Sequence record: DRR723986_639
DNA: 59,172 nt
Strand: one strand, 5' to 3'
A program made the position numbers and the translations under genes. The notes under the pieces were generated by a model. That model made no database searches and had not been told where the DNA came from. It saw only the letters and a program-made list of their open reading frames with translations. This document shows positions 10,365 through 21,200 of the stretch, piece after piece; the stretch's first letter is position 1, and the number at the start of each line of letters is the position of its first letter.

Positions 10365-11680
10365 ACAAGGTTCTCACGGTCGCCAAGACCGAGTATTTAA
10401 TTGCGGTAACGAGCAAGGCATTCATTCTCGGCGTCGTCATGATGCCCATCTTCATGGGCGGAGCGGGGCTCGTTCAGTATCTGACTCGTGATCAAATTGA
10501 CCTGAGTGATCGGAAGTTAGCCGTCGTCGATCAAACCGGCAAGCTCTTTAGTGTGCTCCAAGAGGCCGCCAAAGTCCGCAATGAAACTCAGGTTTACGCT
10601 GAGAACGAAGCGGGCGAAAAGGGAGCGAAGAACCAGCCGGCTTACGAAGTCGAGAAAATTGAGACTGACGAGCAAACAGACTTGGATAAATTGCAGGTTG
10701 AGTTGTCGGACCGAGTGAAGAAAGGTGAACTGTTTGCCTACACCATCATTAGTCCGGACGTGTTCGAAGTCGGTAGCAGCGGGAATGTTTCCTACTATTC
10801 GCAGACGCCCAGTTACGAATCTCTTGCAAACTGGCTTCGCGACACGGTGAATGGCACTGTGCGAGCTGCCCGAATCAACGAACTGGGTATTGAACCAGAG
10901 AGCGTCAAAGCCCTATCGAGCTACACGCCGATCAAGCAGTTCGGACTGGCGGAGCAGACTGAAGATGGCAAGGTCGAAAAGGCCGCCGAGCAAGATCGAC
11001 TCGTCACATTTGCTGTACCATTCGCGGGACTGATGCTCATGTTCATGATGATCATGTCAGTCGCACCAGCGATGCTGAACAACGTGCTTGAAGAGAAGAT
11101 GCAGAAGATTTCCGAGTTTCTCGTCTCCTCGGTGTCGCCATTTCAACTGATGCTTGGCAAGCTTGTCGGTTCGGTGGCGGTCGGCCTGACGTTAAGCGCA
11201 ATTTACCTTTCAGCAACTTACGCATTGGCTAGCTACTTTGAAATGTCGGACAAAGTATCGCCGACCATCTATGTCTGGTTCGTATTCTACTTATTGATCG
11301 CCTTGGTTATCTATGGATCCATCTTTTCTGCCATCGGTGCTGCCTGCAGTGAAATTCGAGACGCCCAAAGCTTGATGACGCCAGTGATGTTGATGGTCAT
11401 CATTCCGCTGATGTGCATGGGGCCAATTCTGAATTCGCCGACCAGCTTCTTTGCACGGGCTGTTTCGCTGTTCCCACCGGCGACTCCGATGCTCATGTTT
11501 GCTCGAATCGCCATTCCACCTGGTCCGGCTCTCTGGGAAATCATTCTTGGAACGGTGCTGACGATTCTGTTCGCGCTCGGATGTGTTTGGGCGGCGGGCA
11601 AAGTCTTCCGGATCGGGGTGCTTTCACAGGGACAAGCTCCGACGATTGGCAAACTGGTTCAGTGGGTTTTGACCAAGTAG
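10361..11680 (+). CDS. ABC-2 type transporter permease (NatB/YhaP-like)
   Basis: ATGA overlap with the ATPase gene. N-terminal TM, large extracytoplasmic domain, LEEKMQKISEFLVSSVSPFQLMLGK motif and several C-terminal TMs. Confidence 0.88.
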   Translation: MNKVLTVAKTEYLIAVTSKAFILGVVMMPIFMGGAGLVQYLTRDQIDLSDRKLAVVDQTGKLFSVLQEAAKVRNETQVYAENEAGEKGAKNQPAYEVEKIETDEQTDLDKLQVELSDRVKKGELFAYTIISPDVFEVGSSGNVSYYSQTPSYESLANWLRDTVNGTVRAARINELGIEPESVKALSSYTPIKQFGLAEQTEDGKVEKAAEQDRLVTFAVPFAGLMLMFMMIMSVAPAMLNNVLEEKMQKISEFLVSSVSPFQLMLGKLVGSVAVGLTLSAIYLSATYALASYFEMSDKVSPTIYVWFVFYLLIALVIYGSIFSAIGAACSEIRDAQSLMTPVMLMVIIPLMCMGPILNSPTSFFARAVSLFPPATPMLMFARIAIPPGPALWEIILGTVLTILFALGCVWAAGKVFRIGVLSQGQAPTIGKLVQWVLTK

Positions 11681-11710
11681 AACCGACTACGTCGCCAGAT
11701 TTGCACATTG

Positions 11711-11747
11711 TACGGCTCGCGTGGATGCTAACACCGCGCGAGTCGTA
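11711..11747. terminator. Long inverted repeat downstream of the ABC permease (terminator or REP-derived)
   Basis: tacggctcgcgtgg / ccgcgcgagtcgta form a 14-bp stem with two G-U pairs, 30 nt after the stop codon. The U-tract is weak. Confidence 0.45.
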
Positions 11748-12110
11748 ACGTTTCTGCGTTATATTTCTGTATTGGCACCAACGGCTACAAAGCTAGGTTT
11801 TGACCGACGGATCTGCCGATCATTCTCAGAGTCAGACCGACTTACCGCTCCATTGAAACGGTTACCTGGGTCCTTCACGGTTCCATCGCCGCAGCACAAA
11901 CGGCTGCGAACCGAAAAAATGGTGAGTCCTAGTGCGGGCGTTTTGTGCCGCCACTGACGTCATAGAAATTTGCGCTTTTCCGAACGCTTTTCAGCGACGC
12001 TGCATATGCAGTGCTAGGCCAATATGCATTAGTTCAACGCACATGCGGCTGAACATTTGCAAGGTGTTGCGTTCGGATAGCATGTCGTCGTCATCCGTGG
12101 AGAGTTTGAG

Positions 12111-12455
12111 ATGCCCAAGAAAGATACGTACCGTATCGTAACGCGTGGAAGTGATGGATCGATGCGAATCCGTGACTTCCCAGATCCGGATGCGATTTTG
12201 AAGATGCATACGCAAATCGGAGTCGATGACAGCAGCGCCGACTTAGCTCTGCGTGGAATGCCTGTATTCCGAGGGTTGATTGGGCCACTGCCCGAGGGCA
12301 AAAACATTGTGCGTTACGAATCACCCGAGGTATTCGAGACGGTGACGAAGGAATGGGGCAGTGCGAAGGTTAAGCGCCGTCGTCGTCGAACCGCTGCACC
12401 AGAGCCGATTGATGCCGAAGTCACCGAAGCTGCTGAATCGACCGGCGATCTGTAG
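12111..12455 (+). CDS. Hypothetical protein (114 aa) with basic then acidic C-terminal tail
   Basis: GGAGAG SD-like sequence upstream of ATG and a globular-looking core (LRGMPVFRGLIGP...VRYESPEVFE). Confidence 0.8.
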   Translation: MPKKDTYRIVTRGSDGSMRIRDFPDPDAILKMHTQIGVDDSSADLALRGMPVFRGLIGPLPEGKNIVRYESPEVFETVTKEWGSAKVKRRRRRTAAPEPIDAEVTEAAESTGDL

Positions 12456-12752
12456 TGCAATCGATGACAAGCCATCATTGCTCACAAGCGTGGCTGTCCA
12501 GGCCAGGCGCGAATCGCCTGCATCTTACTTCATGAATTGACAGAAGCAGAAACCAGTCGCCCAACGACCGCCACAATCGATCGGGCGGCTGGTGAGTTCA
12601 CAGTTGCAATTCTCTTCTCCGAAGGCTATCCGCCTTCCACCCTGCTCTTCTAGCAGAATCCTGACGCAGACTGGCGACAGGCCCCAATGTTTGCAAAAAT
12701 GAACTCATTCACATCGCGTTAATGTCAACTGCGTCGTCACAGGCTACGACTC

Positions 12753-13031
12753 ATGACCAGTACACAGCGGCAACGGCCAGGGCTTCAGATTGCGATCGCG
12801 TGTGTCTTCGGATGTACGTTCTTGCTAGCCAACTTTATACTTGCCGGGATTTCCCTTGCCCTCGGGTGCGTCGACGAGTACTTACAGCTTTCAGCTTTGT
12901 TACTGGGAACCGCCTACGTTTTATCGATCGATAGAGCAAGATTTAGCACAGTGGCAGCAATCGTCTTGGCAGTAATATGCCTGCTCATTGTAGTCATCAA
13001 TTTGTTCCTCATTGGGTATGGCAATATGTAA
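12753..13031 (+). CDS. Small membrane hypothetical protein (about 3 TM)
   Basis: 92-aa ORF made almost entirely of hydrophobic segments. Confidence 0.55.
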   Translation: MTSTQRQRPGLQIAIACVFGCTFLLANFILAGISLALGCVDEYLQLSALLLGTAYVLSIDRARFSTVAAIVLAVICLLIVVINLFLIGYGNM

Positions 13032-13288
13032 CTCGCCGAGGTGTTGGATCCCCGAGATAGACATCTGATTCCCTCGAGATAACAAATCTCTGCAAAAGAG
13101 ATCGTACGCTGAGGCCCTTATTTAACCTCACGCAACTCAAAGTCTTCTTAGCCGCGGATTGGTGGGGGGCGTCTGAACTATCCGCAATTCGCGAGAACAA
13201 CCCTGGAGTTCTCACATAGCCATTGCTGGCGCAGACTGCCGAGCGCCAAGAGAATCTGTTTCGTACAGACGAGTGGCTTGAAGCAGAC

Positions 13289-13326
13289 AAAAGCCGCTCT
13301 GGTGAGGAACACCAGGAATTGCGGCT
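13289..13326 (-). terminator. Probable intrinsic terminator of the tRNA transcript
   Basis: On the minus strand, AGCCGC-aattc-CTGGTG-ttcct-CACCAG-a-GCGGCT followed by TTT, about 11 nt downstream of the tRNA 3' end. Confidence 0.6.
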
Positions 13327-13337
13327 GTTGTGAAAAG

Positions 13338-13687
13338 TAGGGGTGGCAGGACTTGAACCCGCGACAAAGGGATTATGCTTCCCACTTCAGTTTTCACTGC
13401 CCCTTTCGGGTTCGTGGTCTGGACTGTCTCTTCTCTTTACGAGTTCGCCGTACAGTCTCTACACCTTCAACAGAATCGCCTGCAATCAATGCCGCGAAAC
13501 CGAAGCTTGGCTCGGGATTAGCATGAACGATTTAGCATCGTCGAAGCCTTCCCCGAATTTGACGAATTCTACTGGGCTGCCATCAATGACAATCCCAGCA
13601 ACCCAATCAGCTCAGCCATGCGGTCCCAATGACCGTTTAGGCTTCGCCGCTTAAGTCCCCTGCTCTAACCAACTGAGCTACACCCCC
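13338..13687 (-). tRNA. Intron-containing tRNA with CAU anticodon, most likely tRNA-Ile2 (lysidine type); exons 13654..13687 and 13338..13377
   Basis: Spliced sequence GGGGGTGTAGCTCAGTTGGTTAGAGCAGGGGACT|CATAATCCCTTTGTCGCGGGTTCAAGTCCTGCCACCCCTA folds as a cloverleaf: 7-bp acceptor with G1.U72, D arm GCTC/GAGC, anticodon arm GGGGA/TCCCT with loop CTCATAA, T loop TTCAAGT, discriminator A, and no encoded CCA. It is not an initiator (no C1:A72 mismatch, no three consecutive G-C pairs at 29-31). The anticodon arm resembles Ile2 tRNAs. Confidence 0.9.
13378..13653 (-). ncRNA. Group I self-splicing intron (276 nt, IC3-like), inserted after U33
   Basis: The 5' exon ends in U and the intron ends in G. 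P = AAATTCGGGGAA (13549..13560), Q = AATCCCGAGC (13510..13519), R = TGTAGAGACTG (13453..13463), S = AAGAGACAGTCC (13421..13432). P3 TTCGTC/GGCGAA, P7 GACTG/CAGTC, P2 hairpin 13571..13599, and 3' hairpins CCCGAAAGGG and CAGTGAAAACTG. Confidence 0.9.
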
Positions 13688-13701
13688 ATTGGAGAGTCCG
13701 A

Positions 13702-13710
13702 ATTTTAGCA
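13702..13710 (-). promoter_or_regulatory. Putative extended -10 promoter element for the tRNA
   Basis: TGcTAAAAT on the minus strand, 14 nt upstream of the tRNA 5' end. Confidence 0.5.
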
Positions 13711-14026
13711 AAACCCTGTGCTTCCCACCAGCAGCATTTTCGAACTCCTACGAATTGAGCAAACCGCACTTCGGAGTCGCATTTCGCGTCACGGAAGAGG
13801 CATCGAAAGTCTTCGTTCTGAAGCTGGGTAGTTTGCCATCAAACGCTTGTTCACATTCCCCCCAAGCATCGCTTAGGCAAGAAACGCTTCAAGCGTTGGC
13901 TCGCGGTATCCGCAACGATGAGACCGAATTGGATGTACAATCTATCGTGTCCATTAACTTGGCCGGAGTTACGGCAAAGGCGGTGGGCCCAAAGTGCGGT
14001 CGCACGGAAAGTTAACTGTAACGTTC

Positions 14027-16777
14027 ATGATGCAAACCATGCATAGATTCTATAGCCAACGCAAACTCATTGCCTGGATGCTAGCCGCCTCACTTTGGTG
14101 CATTCTTCCCCTTCACGCTCAGAACGAACGCAAACAAACGAGTGCGGCTGAGGGTGAGAGAATCTTTGCACTTTCCGTTAAGCCGATCCTGGACGAAAAG
14201 TGCTTGGCCTGCCACGGATCGGAGCCGGATGACCTGCAGGGCGGCCTTGATCTGCGCTCTCTCGACAGTCTTCGCCGCGGCGGTGATGAATTCGGAGCTG
14301 AGATCCTGATCGACGGCGACGCCGAACACAGCATGCTATACGTCACCACCACACGGTCAGAGCCCGGCTACGAAATGCCGCCCAAGGAAGCAGACCAGTT
14401 GTCCGAAGAGCAGCAGTGGGCGATCCGCGACTGGATCGCAGCCGGGGCTCCTTGGCCCAGCGACGCGAGGATAGCTGAACTGCAAGCCGAGTACTCAGAA
14501 GGAGTCACTGTCGACGTCTCAGAAGCACTGTCGCCTCAGTGGCAGAATCGACGCTATGCCCCCGAAAAGCTGTGGGCATACCGTCCGCTGTCGGCCCCTG
14601 ATGTACCAGATGGCGTCCATCCGGTCGATTGGTTCATCGATCGAAAACTCTCCAGTGCAGGAGTTGAAGCGGCGCCTCGGGCGACACCAGCAGCCCTCCT
14701 CCGCCGACTTAGTTTTGGGCTCACCGGCCTTCCTCCAACGCCGAAGGTGGCGGAAGAGTTTCAAAGCAAATTTACGACCAATGCTAGTGCCGCTGTCTCG
14801 AGCTACGCCGATGAACTGATGAGTTCTCCTCACTATGGAGAGCATTTTGGTTGGCGATGGCTCGATGTTGCTCGCTACGCTGATACGGCAGGTTTTGCCA
14901 ACGATTACAGCCGCCCAAACGCATGGCGGTACCGCGACTACGTCGTCCGATCCTTCAACGAAGATCGTCCTTACAACGAATTCGTCCTCCAACAGGTCGC
15001 TGGTGATGAAGCGGACCCAAACAACCCAGAGAATCTAATTGCAACCGGTTTTCTGCGAATGGGCCCTTGGGAACAAACGGCAATGAGCGTCTTTAAGGAA
15101 ACGCGAGGCCAGTGGCTTGACGATGTGACCGATACTGTCGGACAAGCGTTTTTGGCGCATTCAATGCTGTGCTGTAAATGCCACGACCACAAATTCGATC
15201 CAGTCCCAACTCGTGACTACTACAGCATGATGGCCGTGTTCTCGACGACGCAGTTCGTTGAGCGTGACGTCGACTTCCTAGCCGGTGAGAACCTGGATGG
15301 GTTCCGCGAAAGCGATCGTTGGGTGGAGGCAAAGATTGCGGCGTACGCGTCGCAGGAAAAAGAGCTCAACGCCATGATGCAAGCGCGCCGGAAGAAGGAG
15401 CTAGGCGACGCGAAGACTGGTGACAACGGACTCGACCCCGGCGACGAAGCCTCTCTGGCGCGTATGCGAAAAAACAAAACACGACATGGCATCGAACGCG
15501 ATCGAACGAAACCACTTGCTCTATCGGTCTACACAGGTAAGACCATCGTCAAGAAAAATTTCGTTGGTCGAATTACGATGCCTCAGGCCCCTTGGTCAAA
15601 AGGGGAATTCGACGAAGACGCGATTCGAAACGGTGGAAATGTCCACGCAATCGGGGTTCCCGTTACGCCCGGTGCACTGAGCGCGGCGCAATCGCTGGGG
15701 AACATGCCTGATTATCAATTCCCTGCGGGCAAAGGCAAACGTCGCCTGGCCTTGGCGAAGTGGATCACTGATTCGCGAAACCCTCTTACGGCACGCGTCA
15801 TTGTGAATCGCGTCTGGTCGTGGCACTTCGGGCAAGGAATCGCGGCCAACCCAAACAACTTCGGTGCAACAGGTGGTCTTCCGACGCATCCGGAGTTGCT
15901 CGACTACCTTGCCCAGTGGTTTATGGATAACGATTGGTCCATAAAACGCCTCAACAAGCTGATCATCAGTTCGCAAGCTTACCAGCGTTCAACGTTTCAT
16001 CCTGCCCCACAGAAGCTGGCCGATGCCGATCCTCTCGGTCAGCTTTACGCCACCTTCAAGCCACGACGCTTGACCGCCGAGGAGCTTCGAGATGCAATGT
16101 TGGCCGTCAGCGGTGAACTGAATCCGACGCTCGGAGGCATTCCGTGCCGCCCTGATCTCAACCCCGAAGTTGCTTTCCAACCACGGCAAATCATGGGTGG
16201 AGCTGCATCGGTGTACGAACCCGATCCCCTGCCCTCCCAACGGAACCGCAGAACTTTGTATGCAGAACGAATTCGAGGACTGAGGGATCCATTCCTGGAA
16301 ACGTTCAACCAGCCCGGTCCTGACAAGTCATGCGAGTTGCGGGAGACGTCCATCGTAGCCCCTCAAGCCCTCACGCTACTGAATTCGCAGGAAGTGTTCG
16401 ATCGCTCAATAGCGTTTGCCAACCGTATATTGAAAGAGCAACATAGGTCAGACGAAGAGATTCTCAAGCGAGCCTTCCGCCTAGCGCTTGCCCGGACGCC
16501 GACCGAAACGGAGCTGCAAGCATGCCTGCAGCACTGGAATCGTTCAACAAAGATCGAATCTGAGAAGGATTACGAGCCACCCAAATTCGAAGCCCAGATC
16601 GAACGCACTGTTATGGCAGAGAAGACCGGCAAACCCTACAGCTTCGTCGAGGTGATGCCCGCCTACCACGATTATCAGCCGGATCTTTCTCCCGCCGAAG
16701 TAGACGCCAAGACCCGAGGGCTCGCCGCCATCTGCCGTATTCTCCTGAACACAAATGAATTCGCCTACGTCGATTAA
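14027..16777 (+). CDS. Planctomycete cytochrome c domain protein with DUF1549 (PSCyt2) and DUF1553 (PSD1)
   Basis: Signal peptide, CLACH heme motif, HPVDWFI, WLDVARYADT, AWRYRDYV, CCKCHDHKFDP, NPLTARVIVNRVW, PTHPELLDYLA, RRLTAEELRD, PQALTLLN. The start is uncertain (the ORF opens at 13994). Confidence 0.9.
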   Translation: MMQTMHRFYSQRKLIAWMLAASLWCILPLHAQNERKQTSAAEGERIFALSVKPILDEKCLACHGSEPDDLQGGLDLRSLDSLRRGGDEFGAEILIDGDAEHSMLYVTTTRSEPGYEMPPKEADQLSEEQQWAIRDWIAAGAPWPSDARIAELQAEYSEGVTVDVSEALSPQWQNRRYAPEKLWAYRPLSAPDVPDGVHPVDWFIDRKLSSAGVEAAPRATPAALLRRLSFGLTGLPPTPKVAEEFQSKFTTNASAAVSSYADELMSSPHYGEHFGWRWLDVARYADTAGFANDYSRPNAWRYRDYVVRSFNEDRPYNEFVLQQVAGDEADPNNPENLIATGFLRMGPWEQTAMSVFKETRGQWLDDVTDTVGQAFLAHSMLCCKCHDHKFDPVPTRDYYSMMAVFSTTQFVERDVDFLAGENLDGFRESDRWVEAKIAAYASQEKELNAMMQARRKKELGDAKTGDNGLDPGDEASLARMRKNKTRHGIERDRTKPLALSVYTGKTIVKKNFVGRITMPQAPWSKGEFDEDAIRNGGNVHAIGVPVTPGALSAAQSLGNMPDYQFPAGKGKRRLALAKWITDSRNPLTARVIVNRVWSWHFGQGIAANPNNFGATGGLPTHPELLDYLAQWFMDNDWSIKRLNKLIISSQAYQRSTFHPAPQKLADADPLGQLYATFKPRRLTAEELRDAMLAVSGELNPTLGGIPCRPDLNPEVAFQPRQIMGGAASVYEPDPLPSQRNRRTLYAERIRGLRDPFLETFNQPGPDKSCELRETSIVAPQALTLLNSQEVFDRSIAFANRILKEQHRSDEEILKRAFRLALARTPTETELQACLQHWNRSTKIESEKDYEPPKFEAQIERTVMAEKTGKPYSFVEVMPAYHDYQPDLSPAEVDAKTRGLAAICRILLNTNEFAYVD

Positions 16778-16825
16778 GAACATCGCTTAGTGCCGTAAAA
16801 CACCTTGCCAGATATGAACTGAACG

Positions 16826-18208
<1,383 letters not shown>

Positions 18209-18229
18209 TCCTCCGGTGCGGGCAGTCGC

Positions 18230-21200
18230 TCATTCTCGACGATTCTTCAAGAACTCGACAAGGTCGGCAAACTGCTGCACACTTATCTGTTGTTCTAGTC
18301 CGTCGGGCATTAAGGATCGACCGTTCGATTTGAGCTGTGCGACCTCTTGCCGCGAGACCTTATGCTGTTTTCCGCCAGCTTCGCGGATGGTAATTTGTTG
18401 CCCCGTTGCATCGGAGATAATACCAACAATCGCTTGGTCATCGACGGTTAGCAGACTGTAAGACAAGTACCTGGGATCAACCTCGCCCGAAGGATCAAAG
18501 ATGGATCTGGCCAACTGCGAAATCGACTTGTTGCCCAAGTCTTTAAGGGCAGGTCCGACATCCTGCCCGACTCCACCGAGTCGGTGACACTGCGCACAAT
18601 TCTGCTGGAAGACTCGTTGACCGCTCTGCCAATCACCCGCGGCCTCCGCTTCAACCGAGTACTTTGAAACAATCTGCTGCCGATCACTGGATGAGCTCTC
18701 GAACAACTTTGCAAATCGGCTCGCTTCAGAACCATTGCCGGACGCAAGTCGTTGACGCAAGTCGGCAACAATCATGCTTGGTGGTAATCGGCCGTTCTCA
18801 ATTCCGTCTGCAAGAAGAGAATGGTAGAAAGGTGATGCAGCCAGGGCGCGGAGCAGATCTTGCTGGTGTTGCGGCACTATCTTAGGAATACTGGCGACAA
18901 TCTCATTCCCCAGTGCCTCAGAATTGTTGACGCGAATCAGATCACACAACTGCTCGTTTGCGGCCTCACTGATCCCGCGCCGCAGCAAATCCCCAACACT
19001 TGAAGCGGCTGCGTCAACGCCGCCGAGTCGAAGTGCTTTGAAGAGCTCCCCTGCCCTACGCTCTTTCCGCAGACGTTCTGCTAGCTCAAGCAGAGCGGGC
19101 AATCTGGCGGTCTGGAAACTGTCTTGAAAAGCGCGCAACTCCTGCATCGACAATTCAGCCGTTGCATCGATCCAGATCGGAAGCTCATTCGGTGCAGCGT
19201 TTCGCAACTCACTGTCGAGCCAACCCGTCCGCTCAACGTCTGATTCTGACTCGGACATCCATCTTGGCAGGAGCAGTTGCAACCATGGTGCGGCAGATCG
19301 CAACGAGCGTTCTCGGATCACCTGTCGCACAAGTTTCCAGTCCTCTGAACCAGCGGCAACCGCGATTGCCCACTTCGCAATTGGTTCCTTTGCTTCAACG
19401 GTCAGCTTCGACAGGAACGTTAAACGCTCTTGCTCGGAGCGAAATTTGCTCGCCATTCGCGCCAGTTGAATCTGCAGCCTTGGCTTGTCGGTCCTCGATA
19501 GAGTAGCTGGCAAGTCAGCAGCCGTTCCCGGTTGGTCGGAATCAGCCAGAACCCGAAGAACGGCTTGTTGAACTCGAGGGTGGCCCGACGAGCGAAGCAA
19601 CTCGCGAAAAAACGGCAGGCTTCCTGCAGAGTCGATAGCGGCGAGGCAATGAATCGCGGCAACGGTCCCAGCAACATTGCTCAGCCTGGAGATGCGTATT
19701 CCGTCGGCCGACGAATCGGCAGAGGTGCGTTGCAGCATAACGCGAATGAGTTGAGCTACTTCCTTGGCAGAATCAACGCCGCCTCCGTCTGTTGGGAAAG
19801 CATGTTCGATCAACATCCGGCTGGCCGTGAGACGCTGCCAAGGTACTTCGGAATACAGACGATCTGCAAGTTGCGGGAGACTCAACTCGGCCGGCGGCAC
19901 GCCGTAGTCGCTGGCGGGACTCGTCGAATCGGAATCCTGAAGAGGAGCCGCCGTCGAGGAGTCTGTCTCCTTGCGCCGGATTCGGTAGATGCGTCCGCGG
20001 TCACGTCCGCTGGTTAAATCCAAGTGCCGTTTGATCACCGGTGGAAGGCTCTTCGGGTGCTCGATGACCTCACGATACATGTCTAGGATATAGACGCTGC
20101 CATCGGGCCCCTGTTCCAGTTGCACCGGGCGAAACCAAGTGTCGGTCGAAACGAGTAACTCACTCGCAACATCAATGCGATTCGCCGTCCAGTACAGCCC
20201 CAGGTCTCTGAGGTCTTTCCGGTGAACAAGGTTGCTGCCCACGTCACAGACCAACGCAGACGGACTCCCTTCCCTGCCGAATTGTTGCGTTGCGTCGGTG
20301 ATGCAAGTTCCAGTCGCCCCAGTAAAGTAGCCTGCTGCCGTCCCACCACCTTCGACAGGTCCAGGCACAATCCCCTTGGTGCGAAGCCGCGTTCGAACGA
20401 GACGCCAGGGTTCAACCGGGCTAGCTCGATAGACTGTAGCCTGCGGCCCGTCCTCAGCGATACTGCGTCGAAACGGCGGTGAGTCGAGACCGGAGTCCGT
20501 AGTTGATAGCCACATCTCGAGATCTACGATTTGTTGCAGGTGATCGCTGTTGCTGGTGACAAACTTATCACCAAAGGCGTTGAAACTCAGACCGTGCTGC
20601 CCGCCGCCCGTTGCTGGTGCAATCGCCTGGGCGACCGGATCAATTGTAAAATCTCGCCGAAATAGGCCCAACTTTGCATCGTCAACGTCAATATTGCCGC
20701 TAGAACTACTGGTTGCTCCATGAAAACGGCAACGAGGACTCCAGCGAATGCTATTGACTAGTCCCTGTACATTGCTCTTTCCGAAACCAGTGAACCACTT
20801 CTCTTTGACCTCCGCGATTCCGTCGCCGTTCCGATCTGCAAAGAACCAAATGTCGGGCGCCTCTGCAACGAGAATGCCATCTTGCCAAACGGCCACAGAC
20901 GTAGGCCAGGAAAGACCTTGGGCAAACGTGGTCCGATGATCCATGATGCCGTCGTGGTCGTTATCCGACAGCAAGCAAATCCGCCCCAAGCGCTCATCTG
21001 CCTGCTCACTGTAGCCTCGCATTTCGACGACAAACAATCGGTATCGTCCGTCGAAGGCCGCGGCGACTGGATCCACCACCAACGGCTCCGACGCGACCAA
21101 TTCGAGCTCAAAGCCCTCCGCAACCGTGAATGCCTTGAGCGCGTCCGCTGGCGATAGCGGCTGAAACCTTGGCAACTCCGCTGAATAATCGCGATCGACG

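Noticed and set aside
12456-13337. Integrative element or island at the tRNA 3' end
   Set aside because: No integrase, and I saw no duplicated tRNA 3' fragment (att site); only one small membrane ORF is present.
13343-13654. 103-aa + strand ORF spanning the intron as a homing endonuclease
   Set aside because: It is antisense to the tRNA/intron, runs through the exon and catalytic core, and has no LAGLIDADG, GIY-YIG, HNH or PD-(D/E)XK-like pattern.
13651-13660. Reading the gene as tRNA-Leu(UAA), because the unspliced 5' half reads GGGGA-CT-TAA
   Set aside because: The TAA belongs to the intron start. Only joining CT to CATAA gives a 7-nt loop with an intron ending in G, and there is no long variable arm as in Leu tRNAs.
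13719-13728. 10-bp copy (tgcttcccac) of the intron 3' splice junction 13376..13385 upstream of the tRNA
   Set aside because: It is short, lies upstream of the putative -10 element and is compatible with chance.
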